From positions 288,001-352,000 of the forward strand of contig CAVVUN010000003.1 of assembly GCA_963751455.1 (NCBI GenBank): DNA of 64,000 nt, read 5' to 3'. Within the stretch, counting starts at the first letter, position 1; each line of letters begins with the position of its first letter. Of this stretch, positions 50,647 to 59,971 are shown piece by piece. Under the pieces are notes generated by a model. It ran no database searches and was not told the DNA's origin. It worked only from the letters and a program-made list of their open reading frames with translations. This DNA is from Nitrospirota bacterium (lineage in GTDB: Bacteria > Nitrospirota > UBA9217). A program made the position numbers and the translations under genes.

Positions 50647-52017
50647 ATGCATGAAAAGGAAACGATATGCGCAGTTTCAACGCCTCCGGGCGAAGGCGGC
50701 ATCGGCATCATCCGGGTAAGCGGTCCGGAGGCAATCAGTATCACCGCTGCCGTGTTCAGGCCGGTCAACGAAAAAGATCTTCAATCCGGGGCCTCTCACA
50801 CGATCCATTACGGCCATATTATTGATCCGGCTGACGGCAAGGTTGTCGATGAAGTGCTCGTCAGCCTCATGCGTGCACGTTCCACGTATACGCGGGAAGA
50901 CGTTGTAGAGATAAACTGCCACGGCGGTATGACGCCGCTGTTGCGCACAATAAATCTGCTGATCGCGGCAGGCGCGCGGCAGGCCGAGCCCGGTGAATTT
51001 ACCAGAAGAGCGTTCCTGAACGGAAGGATAGACCTGGCACAGGCGGAAGCCGTGATGGATGTAATCAGGGCAAAGACGGAGCTGGCGCACAAGGCGGCGA
51101 ACGAGCTTTTGCTGGGGGGCTTGTCCGGCGAAATCGGCGGCCTCAGGAACGATCTTATTTCGAGTCTCGCGTCCGTAGAGGCGGGTATCGATTTCCCGGA
51201 AGAGGATATCGAGACGCAAAGCGGACGCCCTCTTATTGACGAGCTTTCGCAAGTTCTTAAAAGAATCGAAAGCCTTCTCTCCGGCGTCGCATATGGAAGG
51301 ATACTGCGGGAGGGTTTTGCGACAGCCATAGTGGGCCGGCCGAATGTCGGAAAGTCTTCACTTCTGAACGCTTTACTGAAACAGGACCGGGCGATCGTAA
51401 CCGAGATCCCGGGTACGACAAGGGACGTGCTCGAGGAGTATCTCAACATCAGCGGCGTACCGCTCAGGATCCTGGATACAGCCGGCATAAGGCATTCCCA
51501 TGATATCGTGGAGCAGGAAGGCGTCCGAAGATCGCTTTCAGCGATTGCGTCCGCGGACATGGTCCTCGTCGTTCTTGACGGCTCTTGCGCGCTTTCTGAT
51601 GAAGACAGACGAGTACTGGGCGAAGTCAAGGATAAGAAAACGATTGCCGTGATCAACAAGTCGGACCTGCCGCGAAAGAGCGAACCGATCACATGGCCTA
51701 CAGCGCAGGTCGCGGTATCGTGCCGCAACGGAGAAGGGCTGCAGCTTCTTACACAGACGATATCCGATATGGTTAAAAACGGGATGGCTGCCTCACGCGA
51801 GCATGCCTGGCTAGTCAACGAGCGGCACAAAAGGGCACTGGAGAAGACGAAGCAAGGTCTTGAAAAATCGATTACGTCAGCCAATGCGGGTCTGTCACCT
51901 GAATTTATCGCCCTGGATCTTCGGGACGCGCTCGACAGTATAGGTCTTATCATCGGCGCCACCTATACGGACGATATTCTTGACCGGATCTTTAACGACT
52001 TTTGCATCGGGAAGTAA
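50647..52017 (+). CDS. mnmE: tRNA modification GTPase MnmE
   Basis: GRPNVGKSS, IPGTTRD, DTAGIR, NKSD, FCIGK C-terminus. Confidence 0.97.
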   Translation: MHEKETICAVSTPPGEGGIGIIRVSGPEAISITAAVFRPVNEKDLQSGASHTIHYGHIIDPADGKVVDEVLVSLMRARSTYTREDVVEINCHGGMTPLLRTINLLIAAGARQAEPGEFTRRAFLNGRIDLAQAEAVMDVIRAKTELAHKAANELLLGGLSGEIGGLRNDLISSLASVEAGIDFPEEDIETQSGRPLIDELSQVLKRIESLLSGVAYGRILREGFATAIVGRPNVGKSSLLNALLKQDRAIVTEIPGTTRDVLEEYLNISGVPLRILDTAGIRHSHDIVEQEGVRRSLSAIASADMVLVVLDGSCALSDEDRRVLGEVKDKKTIAVINKSDLPRKSEPITWPTAQVAVSCRNGEGLQLLTQTISDMVKNGMAASREHAWLVNERHKRALEKTKQGLEKSITSANAGLSPEFIALDLRDALDSIGLIIGATYTDDILDRIFNDFCIGK

Positions 52018-52093
52018 TGAAAAGGGGAAGTACGCTTTTTGTAAGACGCTCACACCTCAGACCAGTAAAGAAAAATCTGAAGCCTGAAAAGCT

Positions 52094-52183
52094 TTATCCG
52101 CAGATTACGCAGATTTCGCAGATAAAAACAAAACCAGAATTCCGGTTTTAGAATCTGCGTCAATCTGCGAAATCTGCGGATAA
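52094..52183. repeat. palindromic repeat of CGCAGAT units
   Basis: TTATCCGCAGATTACGCAGAT ... ATCTGCGAAATCTGCGGATAA; same family as 60810..60891. Confidence 0.7.
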
Positions 52184-52222
52184 GATAATATGTTGAGCTG
52201 TTAAATATCCTGAGGACTTCGA

Positions 52223-54100
52223 ATGTCTTTCGAAAAAAAATACGACGTCATCGTGATCGGGGCAGGCCATGCAGGGTGCGAGGCTGCGCTGGCTTCGGCG
52301 CGCATAGGCTGTTCCACGCTTATGCTCACGATAAATCTCGACAGCATTGCCCTCATGTCGTGCAACCCGGCGATCGGCGGTCTTGCAAAGGGGCATCTCG
52401 TGAAGGAAATCGATGCCCTGGGCGGCGAGATGGCCAGGGTAATCGACCGAACCGGCATACAGTTCCGGATCCTGAACCGGAGCAAGGGGCCGGCCGTTCA
52501 TGGAACGCGGGCACAGGCGGACAAGCAGCGCTATCGGCTCGCGATGAAAGAATCCGTTGAGAAGCAGCCGGGCCTTGACGTAAAGCAGGGCCTGGTCGAG
52601 AAAATCATCGTCGAGAACGGCAAAATTTCGGGCGTTGAAACGAACATCGGCGTGCAGTACCTCGCGCCTGCGGTAATAGTTACGACCGGTACTTTTTTAA
52701 AGGGTCTCATTCATATCGGTCTCGTGAATTATCCTTCCGGAAGGGCAGGCGAGTTCCCTTCCGTTGGTTTGTCGGACTGCCTACGCGAAATCGGGTTCGA
52801 CATCGGACGGCTCAAGACGGGAACGCCCGCGAGGTTGAATGGAAGAACTATCGATTTTTCCGGAATGAAGCCCCAATGCGGGGACGAACCTGCCCCGTTC
52901 TTCTCGTATTCTGAAAAGGTACATCCTCTCCCACAATTGCCCTGTTATTTAACGTATACGAATACGCAAACCCATGAAATCATACGCAACAATCTTGATC
53001 GCTCCCCACTTTATGCCGGGGTAATAAAGGGAACGGGGCCAAGATATTGCCCTTCTATTGAAGATAAGGTGATGCGGTTTTCAGAGAGGGAGCGACACCA
53101 GGTCTTCCTGGAACCTGAAGGGCTCGACACCGAGGAATATTACGCGAACGGGGTGTCGACCAGCCTTCCATACGACGTACAGTTGAAGCTGTATCGTTCG
53201 ATTCCCGGCCTGGACAAAGTTGAAATAATGAGGCCTGCCTATGCCATAGAATACGACTATGCGCCGCCCACCCAGATCAGGCATTCGCTCGAAACCAAGA
53301 AAATCGAGGGGCTCTATTTTGCCGGACAGATCAACGGCACTTCGGGATACGAGGAGGCCGCGGCTCAGGGGCTGATGGCAGGGATCAATGCCGCTCTCAA
53401 GATTCAGAGACGTGAGCAGTTCGTGCTCTCCCGCTCCGAGGCCTACATCGGCGTTATGATCGACGACCTCGTTACCAGGGGTACGCTCGAACCGTATCGC
53501 ATGTTTACTTCTCGCGCGGAATACCGGCTCATCCTGAGAGAAGACAACGCAGATTTGCGGCTTCGCGATAAAGCCCATGCAATTGGACTCGTATCCGGCA
53601 TCGAGTATGCCGAGTATTGCGAAAAGAAGGAAGCGATCGACACCGAGATTTCCCGGCTAAAAAATACCCGGGTGAAATCATCTTCGGAGATCAATTCGAT
53701 GCTTGAGGAAAAAGGCACCAATGCGCTGTCTGGAGAGATCCGGCTTGAACAGCTGCTGAAGCGTCCGGAAATGACGTATTCCGATATCGTTGCCATGAGC
53801 CCGCCGCCGTTGCCTCTCGAAAGAGCCGCCGCCGAGCAGGTCGAGATCCAGGTCAAGTACGAGGGATATATCCTCCGCCAGATGGAGCACGTTGCCGGCT
53901 TCGCGTCACTTGAACAGAAAAAGCTTCCGGCTGATATGGATTATAACGCGTTGACCGGACTCGGTGCCGAGGTGAAGCAGAAGCTGATGCAGGTGCGGCC
54001 GGTATCGCTCGGCCAGGCCTCAAGAATTTCAGGCGTTACTCCGGCTGCTATCTCGCTCCTCATGGTAGCCCTTGAAAAAAGGAAGCGCGGCAGGGAATGA
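52223..54100 (+). CDS. mnmG: tRNA uridine-5-carboxymethylaminomethyl synthesis enzyme MnmG
   Basis: GAGHAGCEAA, SCNPAIGG, GPRYCPSIEDK, AGQINGTSGYEEAAAQG. Confidence 0.98.
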   Translation: MSFEKKYDVIVIGAGHAGCEAALASARIGCSTLMLTINLDSIALMSCNPAIGGLAKGHLVKEIDALGGEMARVIDRTGIQFRILNRSKGPAVHGTRAQADKQRYRLAMKESVEKQPGLDVKQGLVEKIIVENGKISGVETNIGVQYLAPAVIVTTGTFLKGLIHIGLVNYPSGRAGEFPSVGLSDCLREIGFDIGRLKTGTPARLNGRTIDFSGMKPQCGDEPAPFFSYSEKVHPLPQLPCYLTYTNTQTHEIIRNNLDRSPLYAGVIKGTGPRYCPSIEDKVMRFSERERHQVFLEPEGLDTEEYYANGVSTSLPYDVQLKLYRSIPGLDKVEIMRPAYAIEYDYAPPTQIRHSLETKKIEGLYFAGQINGTSGYEEAAAQGLMAGINAALKIQRREQFVLSRSEAYIGVMIDDLVTRGTLEPYRMFTSRAEYRLILREDNADLRLRDKAHAIGLVSGIEYAEYCEKKEAIDTEISRLKNTRVKSSSEINSMLEEKGTNALSGEIRLEQLLKRPEMTYSDIVAMSPPPLPLERAAAEQVEIQVKYEGYILRQMEHVAGFASLEQKKLPADMDYNALTGLGAEVKQKLMQVRPVSLGQASRISGVTPAAISLLMVALEKRKRGRE

Positions 54101-54171
54101 CGATTTCTGTAGTAGGGTCTTCGCCTTTCTTTGCGGCTTGGCGGCTTTGCGCGAAATCCAGTTAATTTTTA

Positions 54172-54247
54172 TGTCATTTCGAGCACAGCGAGAAATCTTG
54201 CATATAGGAAACAAACCAATGGATTTCTCCTTGTGGTCGAAATGACA
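54172..54247. repeat. GTCAT...ATGAC palindromic REP-like element
   Basis: TGTCATTTCGAGC...GAGAAATC / GATTTCTC...TCGAAATGACA. Confidence 0.65.
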
Positions 54248-54267
54248 AGCTTTTTCGAAACGCATTA

Positions 54268-54572
54268 CTAGTGCACTGTAAAAATGTTTTTTGATAGTTT
54301 TGCACCTCTGCTTGCACGTCACCCGGCATGATTAGTCGGGTTCCGGTAGTCAGTTACAAATAGAATTTATCTCAAAACGGCAAAGAATATTTACCGCGAT
54401 GTCGCGAGGAACGCGAGGAAAGCGAAATTCCCGTAATATGTAAGAGAAGTATCGCCTTCCTGGCGACCTTTGCGCCCTCGCGGTTCAATCTGATTGGTTC
54501 TGGTTTGACCCGCGAAAAGCACGCCGGAATGACGGCGTTGAACCTTTAATAATTAAGTTTACGCTGTACTAG
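54268..54572. mobile_element. composite MITE with CTAG-bounded terminal inverted repeats, copy 2
   Basis: CTAGTGCACTGTAAA ... TTTACGCTGTACTAG; homologous to 29286..29559. Confidence 0.8.
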
Positions 54573-54643
54573 GAGCTTCTTTCTTTCAGAGAAAGAGGAC
54601 GCACATGAAGAGGTCTTGAGTTGATAACATCGGAGATTAAATC

Positions 54644-55288
54644 GTGACCCCCAGGGAAGTGTTAGTCTCGGGAGCAGCAGAGCTCGGCATCGCTTTAACA
54701 GGTGATCAGGTCGACTCGCTGTTCATATATATACGGGAAATGAAAAAATGGAACAGAAGAATTAACCTGACCGCTATCGTGAATGAGCAGGACATTGTGA
54801 TCAAGCACCTTCTCGACTCTCTTTCTTTTCTCAATGGATTTAACCCCCGGCCGGGGATGCTGCTTCTCGATATGGGGTCTGGCGCCGGATTTCCTGGTTT
54901 CCCGATCAAGATTGCAAAACCGGAGATCTCTGTAACGCTCGTTGAGTCCGTAAAGAAAAAATGTTCCTTTCTTCGTCATATTGTCAGGACGCTGTCGCTG
55001 TCAAACGTCGAGGTATTGGATGCAAGGACCGAGGAACTATCGGATTCGCATCCATCGAGATATGATGTAGTTACGGCTCGCGCGTTCGCGGACATGGCAA
55101 CAGCGCTCAAAGCGGGCAAGGCGTTGGTGAAACCCGGAGGCTTAATAGTCTTGAGCCGCGGGCCCCAGGAAACAATTGCCGGTCAGGAGTTGACCGGCAT
55201 AGGAATCCAACTCGACCGTAAGCTAGATTTTACCCTTCCACATTCTAATTATAACCGTGCGCTCTGGGTTTTTAAGAAAGTGGGGTGA
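54644..55288 (+). CDS. rsmG: 16S rRNA m7G527 methyltransferase RsmG
   Basis: WNRRINLTA, KHLLDSL, DMGSGAGFPG, VTARA; follows mnmG. Confidence 0.95.
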   Translation: MTPREVLVSGAAELGIALTGDQVDSLFIYIREMKKWNRRINLTAIVNEQDIVIKHLLDSLSFLNGFNPRPGMLLLDMGSGAGFPGFPIKIAKPEISVTLVESVKKKCSFLRHIVRTLSLSNVEVLDARTEELSDSHPSRYDVVTARAFADMATALKAGKALVKPGGLIVLSRGPQETIAGQELTGIGIQLDRKLDFTLPHSNYNRALWVFKKVG

Positions 55289-55361
55289 GAAGTGCTAATA
55301 ATATCGATATATCGTACAATGTGCGATCAATTTAGGGCATTTTAGAGTTAGTGTGGTTTAA

Positions 55362-56426
55362 ATGGAAGAATCTATTAAAATACCTTTGGAGTGGCGCCGG
55401 GTAGCAAAAGAAATTGCCGGTCAGGGTGGGCCGGCGTTGGTGTTAGGCGCTCCAGGATCGGGCAAGACAACCTTCTGCCTCTATCTTACCGGCGCGCTCT
55501 GCCGGGAAGGCAGGACTGTTGCCTGGATCGATGCAGACCCGGGGCAGCCCTTCATCGGTCCGCCAGGTGTGCTTTCTCTGACCGCTTATTCAATGGCTTC
55601 GGACCTTCTCAAGCGCAGGAACCCACAGGTCCTCAGTTTTGTCGGCAATACTACGCCTGTGGGCCATCTTCTTGAAATCATATCAGGCCTTCAAAAATTG
55701 TATTCTCTCGCTGACTCCATGAATCCGGATTTGATTCTTATCAATACCTGCGGACTTGTAAACGGGGCTGCTGCACGCGAACTCAAATTTCACGAGATTG
55801 ACATGATCGCACCCCGCAATGTCGTGGCGCTGCAAAAGGGAACCGAGGTTGAACACCTGCTTGCCCCTCACTCTCATCGCGCGGGATTGCTTCTCCATCG
55901 GCTTCCCGTACCGGACGATGCAAAGGTCTCGACAAACGAGGCGAGGCGCGCAATCCGCGAACACCGGTTCAAAGAATACTTTCGCGGCGCCGATTATCAG
56001 GAAATAGCTCTTCATGATGTAGGCGTTCACGGCCCCGGTCTCGGTACCGGTGAACGGCTCGGGTTCAGGGACGTCAATACCCTTTCAAAGATTCTTCAGG
56101 CCATCGTTATTCATGCCGAACTCTCTGCAGACAGGCTGTTCCTTCTGGTTGAGGGCGAGTACGCAGGCGATGAATTGTTCACAGCCAAAGAGCGATATAA
56201 TGTGCGCGAGGTGATTGTGCTGAAGCGATCCGAGATCGACCATGTGCTGGTAGGGCTGAACGACGATCGAAACCTCTGCCTCGGGCTCGGCATCCTTCGC
56301 GATCTGGATCTGAAAGAGTTGACCGTGCGAGTAATAACCCCGGTTCGGGATATTTCCGCGGTGCGCAATCTATCCATTGGCTCTCTTCTGGTAAGTCCGG
56401 CCGGCGGAGAGCTCGGTCACTGGTAA
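55362..56426 (+). CDS. Clp1/Grc3/Nol9-like polynucleotide 5'-kinase
   Basis: GAPGSGKTT P-loop, DADPGQ..IGPPG, INTCG, RRAIRE..F..YF lid. Confidence 0.85.
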   Translation: MEESIKIPLEWRRVAKEIAGQGGPALVLGAPGSGKTTFCLYLTGALCREGRTVAWIDADPGQPFIGPPGVLSLTAYSMASDLLKRRNPQVLSFVGNTTPVGHLLEIISGLQKLYSLADSMNPDLILINTCGLVNGAAARELKFHEIDMIAPRNVVALQKGTEVEHLLAPHSHRAGLLLHRLPVPDDAKVSTNEARRAIREHRFKEYFRGADYQEIALHDVGVHGPGLGTGERLGFRDVNTLSKILQAIVIHAELSADRLFLLVEGEYAGDELFTAKERYNVREVIVLKRSEIDHVLVGLNDDRNLCLGLGILRDLDLKELTVRVITPVRDISAVRNLSIGSLLVSPAGGELGHW

Positions 56427-56444
56427 AGCCTTTTCCCATCGTAT

Positions 56445-56460
56445 TGTTCCACGTGGAACA
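56445..56460. promoter_or_regulatory. parS site
   Basis: TGTTCCACGTGGAACA, perfect consensus. Confidence 0.95.
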
Positions 56461-56505
56461 ATCTTCTTTCTTATGTTCTCGTCAAATTCTTAAGTCGGTT
56501 TCTTA

Positions 56506-56654
56506 GTGGAGCCCCCACCGGCAGGAGCCGGTGGCTCCCTCAAACAACGCGACCTCCCGGAACTGCGAACTCGCGAACGCGAGGCTCATCGGGCCTCGCG
56601 CGAGTGAGCGCTTTCCACCCCCGGCGGGAGCCGGGGGATGCCAAGGCGCGGGAT
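56506..56654 (+). repeat. structured multi-hairpin repeat, copy 3 (lacks one hairpin)
   Basis: Homologous to copies 1 and 2. Confidence 0.9.
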
Positions 56655-56793
56655 TGCCAATTCCAACCGTAACTCCCGCGAAAACCGGAATCCTCTTTAG
56701 CATTAACCTCTGGATCAATCAAATCCGGCTGACGGGAACAGACATTAAACTCCGCTTCCAATCCGATTCCCTTTCCCTACAATAATGAACGGT

Positions 56794-56837
56794 ATATGTC
56801 CCAGATCATATGTGCGCCGCAAAGAATTTGGTATAGT
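56794..56837 (+). promoter_or_regulatory. CRP/FNR-type (HcpR-like) site and extended -10 of hcp
   Basis: ATATGT-N6-TCATAT near-palindrome, then TG-G-TATAGT at 56829-56837. Confidence 0.55.
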
Positions 56838-56880
56838 GTGTCCAACGACAGCGAAAAATTCTTTATCCAGGGAGGAAATC

Positions 56881-58545
56881 ATGTTTTGTAATCAGTGCGA
56901 ACAGGCTTCAAACAACAAGGCTTGCACCAAATTCGGTGTTTGCGGTAAGGACCCACAGGTTTCCGCACTCCAGGATCTTCTGATCCACAGTCTTAAGGGA
57001 CTTTCACTCTATGCAGACACGGCACGAAAACAGGGCGTTGTGGATCGTGAAGTGAACGAGTTTACGGTCAAAGCGCTCTTTTCCACACTCACGAACGTGG
57101 ACTTCGATCCGGAGCGCTTCGTTTCACTCATTACGCGAAGTGTTAACCTCCGGGAAAAGATCCGGACCGGCGTGAAAGAAATTTTTTCTCATGCAAGCGT
57201 AAATTTCAAACCAGCAGCTTCAATTGATGCCCTCGTGAAGCAGGGAGAGAATGTAGCGGCTGAACGACTCTCATCCTCAACCAATGCGGACCTCGCGTCC
57301 CTCCAGGACATACTGCTGTACGGTCTGAAGGGCGTTGCAGCGTACTCAGACCATGCAGCCATACTCGGCAAAACAGACGACTCCGTGTACGCGTTCCTGC
57401 ATCAGGCGCTCGCGGCCCTGACCAGGACTGATCTCGGCCTGAATGACTGGATCGCGCTTGTTCTCAAATGCGGCGAGGTAAACCTCAAAGCCATGGAGCT
57501 GCTGGACGCAGGGAACACCGGCACGTATGGCCATCCGGTCCCGACAAAAGTGCCGATCACCCCGAAAGAAGGGAAAGCCATACTTGTCTCCGGACATGAC
57601 TTAAAGGACCTTGAGGGTCTGCTGAAACAAACCGAGGGAAAGGGGATCAATATCTATACGCACGGCGAGATGCTGCCCGCGCATGGCTATCCTGCGCTAA
57701 AGAAATATCCGCACTTCTATGGCCATTACGGCACAGCCTGGCAGAACCAGCAGAAAGAGTTTGCGGCATTTCCGGGGGCAATCGTCATGACAACGAACTG
57801 CATCCAGAAGCCAATCGAATCGTACAAGGGCAACATATTCACGACCGGTCTTGTGGGCTGGCCCGGCGTACACCATATCGCAGATGGAGATTTTACTCCG
57901 GCTATAAATCGTGCCCAAGAGCTTCCCGGCTTTACCCCGACAGCAGCAGGCAAGGAAGTAACGGTGGGATTTGCCAGGAATGCCGTGCTTGGCGTAGCGG
58001 ACAAGGTCATTGAGGCCGTGAAGGGCCGGGCAATCCGTCATTTCTTCCTGGTCGGCGGCTGCGACGGCGCGCGGCCGGGCAGAAACTATTATACGGAATT
58101 CGTTGAGAAGGCGCCTGCGGATACAATCGTAATGACTCTGGCATGCGGCAAGTTCCGGTTCTTTGACAAGGAACTGGGAGACATCAACGGAATTCCGCGA
58201 CTGCTCGATATCGGGCAGTGCAACGACGCCTACTCGGCGGTCCAGATCGCGCTTGCGCTTTCCAAGGCGTTCAATGTCGGCGTGAACGAGCTTCCCTTGT
58301 CACTCGTCCTCTCCTGGTACGAGCAAAAGGCGGTTGCCATCCTGCTCACATTGCTCCACCTGGGGATCAAGGACATCCGGCTCGGGCCAACGCTCCCGGC
58401 GTTCATCACTCCCAATGTACTGGATGTGCTCGTCAAGAATTTCAGTATAAAGCCGATCGCTGGAACGCCCGAAGAAGATTTCGAGCAGATCCTTGGCCCC
58501 GACTGGGCAAAGATAAATGAGCTCGAAGCGGAAACTGCTGTTTAA
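56881..58545 (+). CDS. hcp: hybrid cluster protein (hydroxylamine/NO reductase)
   Basis: MFCNQCEQ...CTKFGVCGK, YTHGEMLPAH, GGCDG, GQCNDAY, SWYEQKA; GGAGG RBS. Confidence 0.97.
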   Translation: MFCNQCEQASNNKACTKFGVCGKDPQVSALQDLLIHSLKGLSLYADTARKQGVVDREVNEFTVKALFSTLTNVDFDPERFVSLITRSVNLREKIRTGVKEIFSHASVNFKPAASIDALVKQGENVAAERLSSSTNADLASLQDILLYGLKGVAAYSDHAAILGKTDDSVYAFLHQALAALTRTDLGLNDWIALVLKCGEVNLKAMELLDAGNTGTYGHPVPTKVPITPKEGKAILVSGHDLKDLEGLLKQTEGKGINIYTHGEMLPAHGYPALKKYPHFYGHYGTAWQNQQKEFAAFPGAIVMTTNCIQKPIESYKGNIFTTGLVGWPGVHHIADGDFTPAINRAQELPGFTPTAAGKEVTVGFARNAVLGVADKVIEAVKGRAIRHFFLVGGCDGARPGRNYYTEFVEKAPADTIVMTLACGKFRFFDKELGDINGIPRLLDIGQCNDAYSAVQIALALSKAFNVGVNELPLSLVLSWYEQKAVAILLTLLHLGIKDIRLGPTLPAFITPNVLDVLVKNFSIKPIAGTPEEDFEQILGPDWAKINELEAETAV

Positions 58546-58558
58546 TATCTCGCCCTAA

Positions 58559-58688
58559 CAGGCTGTTAAAACCTCCATTTACTCTTCGACAAGCTCAGAG
58601 CGAACGGAGAGATTATTGAAATGACGGGTTCTTATCCGTTCGTGGTGAGCTTGTCGAACCACCACTTAAAAACTTTTTAACAACCCTG
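58559..58688. repeat. MITE-like element with nested palindrome
   Basis: CAGGCTGTTAAAA ... TTTTAACAACCCTG ends enclosing TTCGACAAGCTCA...TGAGCTTGTCGAA. Confidence 0.65.
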
Positions 58689-58799
58689 CTGGAACTCAGG
58701 CAGAACGGGTAATACCGTTCTGCCTTTTTTGTTTCCCGTTGCGCCACAGTAAACGTTGCGCTCACGCTGTTACCCCACGATAATACACTGCAACAGCAA

Positions 58800-58815
58800 T
58801 GTTCCACGTGGAACA
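58800..58815. promoter_or_regulatory. parS site
   Basis: TGTTCCACGTGGAACA, perfect consensus. Confidence 0.95.
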
Positions 58816-59001
58816 TCTCGATTGCGGAATTGGGATTGCGGATTGCGGATAAAATTCCGAAAACTTGCCACAGCAAGCTGCGGGAAAAATCTCTCTTCTT
58901 GTTCTCTTCAATTGATGCGAGACCAAATCACAGGGTCGTGTCATTGTTCAATGCAACGGTACAATAACAAACATCTTTTCACGCACATTCACTTCCTTTA
59001 C

Positions 59002-59077
59002 CGTCATTCCGGCTTGTCCGGAATCTTTCCTGCATTTTCAGAAGGATTCCCGACGCGCTTCGCTTGCGGGAATGACG
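59002..59077. repeat. GTCATTCC...GGAATGAC palindromic REP-like element
   Basis: CGTCATTCCGGCTTGTCCGGAATC ... GATTCCCG...CGGGAATGACG. Confidence 0.7.
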
Positions 59078-59194
59078 TTATAGGGGTTTATGTGCGACTT
59101 TGACGGGACCGTGGACCAAATCAATTTATCCTTTCATTTGCTGTAACCTTATGGTACATTATGAAGGTTTTAAACAGGTTGTCTGGAGGAAAAA

Positions 59195-59971
59195 ATGGGC
59201 AGGGTCATCGCAATTGCCAACCAGAAGGGGGGAGTGGGTAAGACCACAACCACCGTCAACATAGCAGCATCTCTGGCGGCAGCTGAAAAGAAGGTTCTGC
59301 TCATCGACTCCGACCCCCAGGGCAATTCCACAAGCGGTATGGGAATTGATCGCAAAGATATTTCAGGCAGCACCTACGATCTTTTTACCGGCAAGCGCAC
59401 GCTCGATGAAATCAAAAAAGCCTCGCATTTTCCGTGGCTTGAGGTTATTCCGTCCGGCATTGACCTTGTCGGCGTTGAAATTGAACTTATCCAGATGATT
59501 GCGCGTGAACGGGTGCTCAAAAAGGCGATCGCGGCCTTCAGAAACAATTACGATTATATTTTTATCGACTGCCCGCCCTCGCTCGGACTGCTCACAATAA
59601 ACGCGTTAACTGCCGCAGACGGAGTGATCATCCCGGTCCAGACGGAATACTATGCGCTCGAAGGGCTGTCGGCCCTCATGAATACGATCAAGCTGATCAG
59701 GCAGGACCTCAATCCCGAGCTGGCGATAGAGGGCGTGCTCCTGACCATGTACGACAGCAGGAACAATCTCGCCGAACAGGTCTCGCAGGAAGTACGCAAG
59801 TTCTTCGGCAGCAAGGTGTTCACCACGGTGATCCACCGGAACGTGGCGCTGAGCGAGGCCCCCAGCCACGGAAAGCCGGTGCTGCTCTACGACATCCGGT
59901 CGCGCGGCGCGCAAAGCTACCTCGAGCTCGCAAAGGAGGTTTTGACCAATGCAAAAGCAGGCGCTCGGTAA
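59195..59971 (+). CDS. parA: chromosome partitioning ATPase ParA/Soj
   Basis: NQKGGVGKTTT, DSDPQGN, IDCPPSLG, EAPSHG. Confidence 0.96.
   Translation: MGRVIAIANQKGGVGKTTTTVNIAASLAAAEKKVLLIDSDPQGNSTSGMGIDRKDISGSTYDLFTGKRTLDEIKKASHFPWLEVIPSGIDLVGVEIELIQMIARERVLKKAIAAFRNNYDYIFIDCPPSLGLLTINALTAADGVIIPVQTEYYALEGLSALMNTIKLIRQDLNPELAIEGVLLTMYDSRNNLAEQVSQEVRKFFGSKVFTTVIHRNVALSEAPSHGKPVLLYDIRSRGAQSYLELAKEVLTNAKAGAR

Noticed and set aside
50808-51962. 384-aa antisense ORF and other long shadow ORFs
   Set aside because: They lie opposite well-conserved genes such as mnmE and show no protein motifs
58819-58850. GATTGCG heptamer run as a CRISPR or coding repeat
   Set aside because: No spacers; simple short tandem repeat. 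No CRISPR array was seen anywhere in the window
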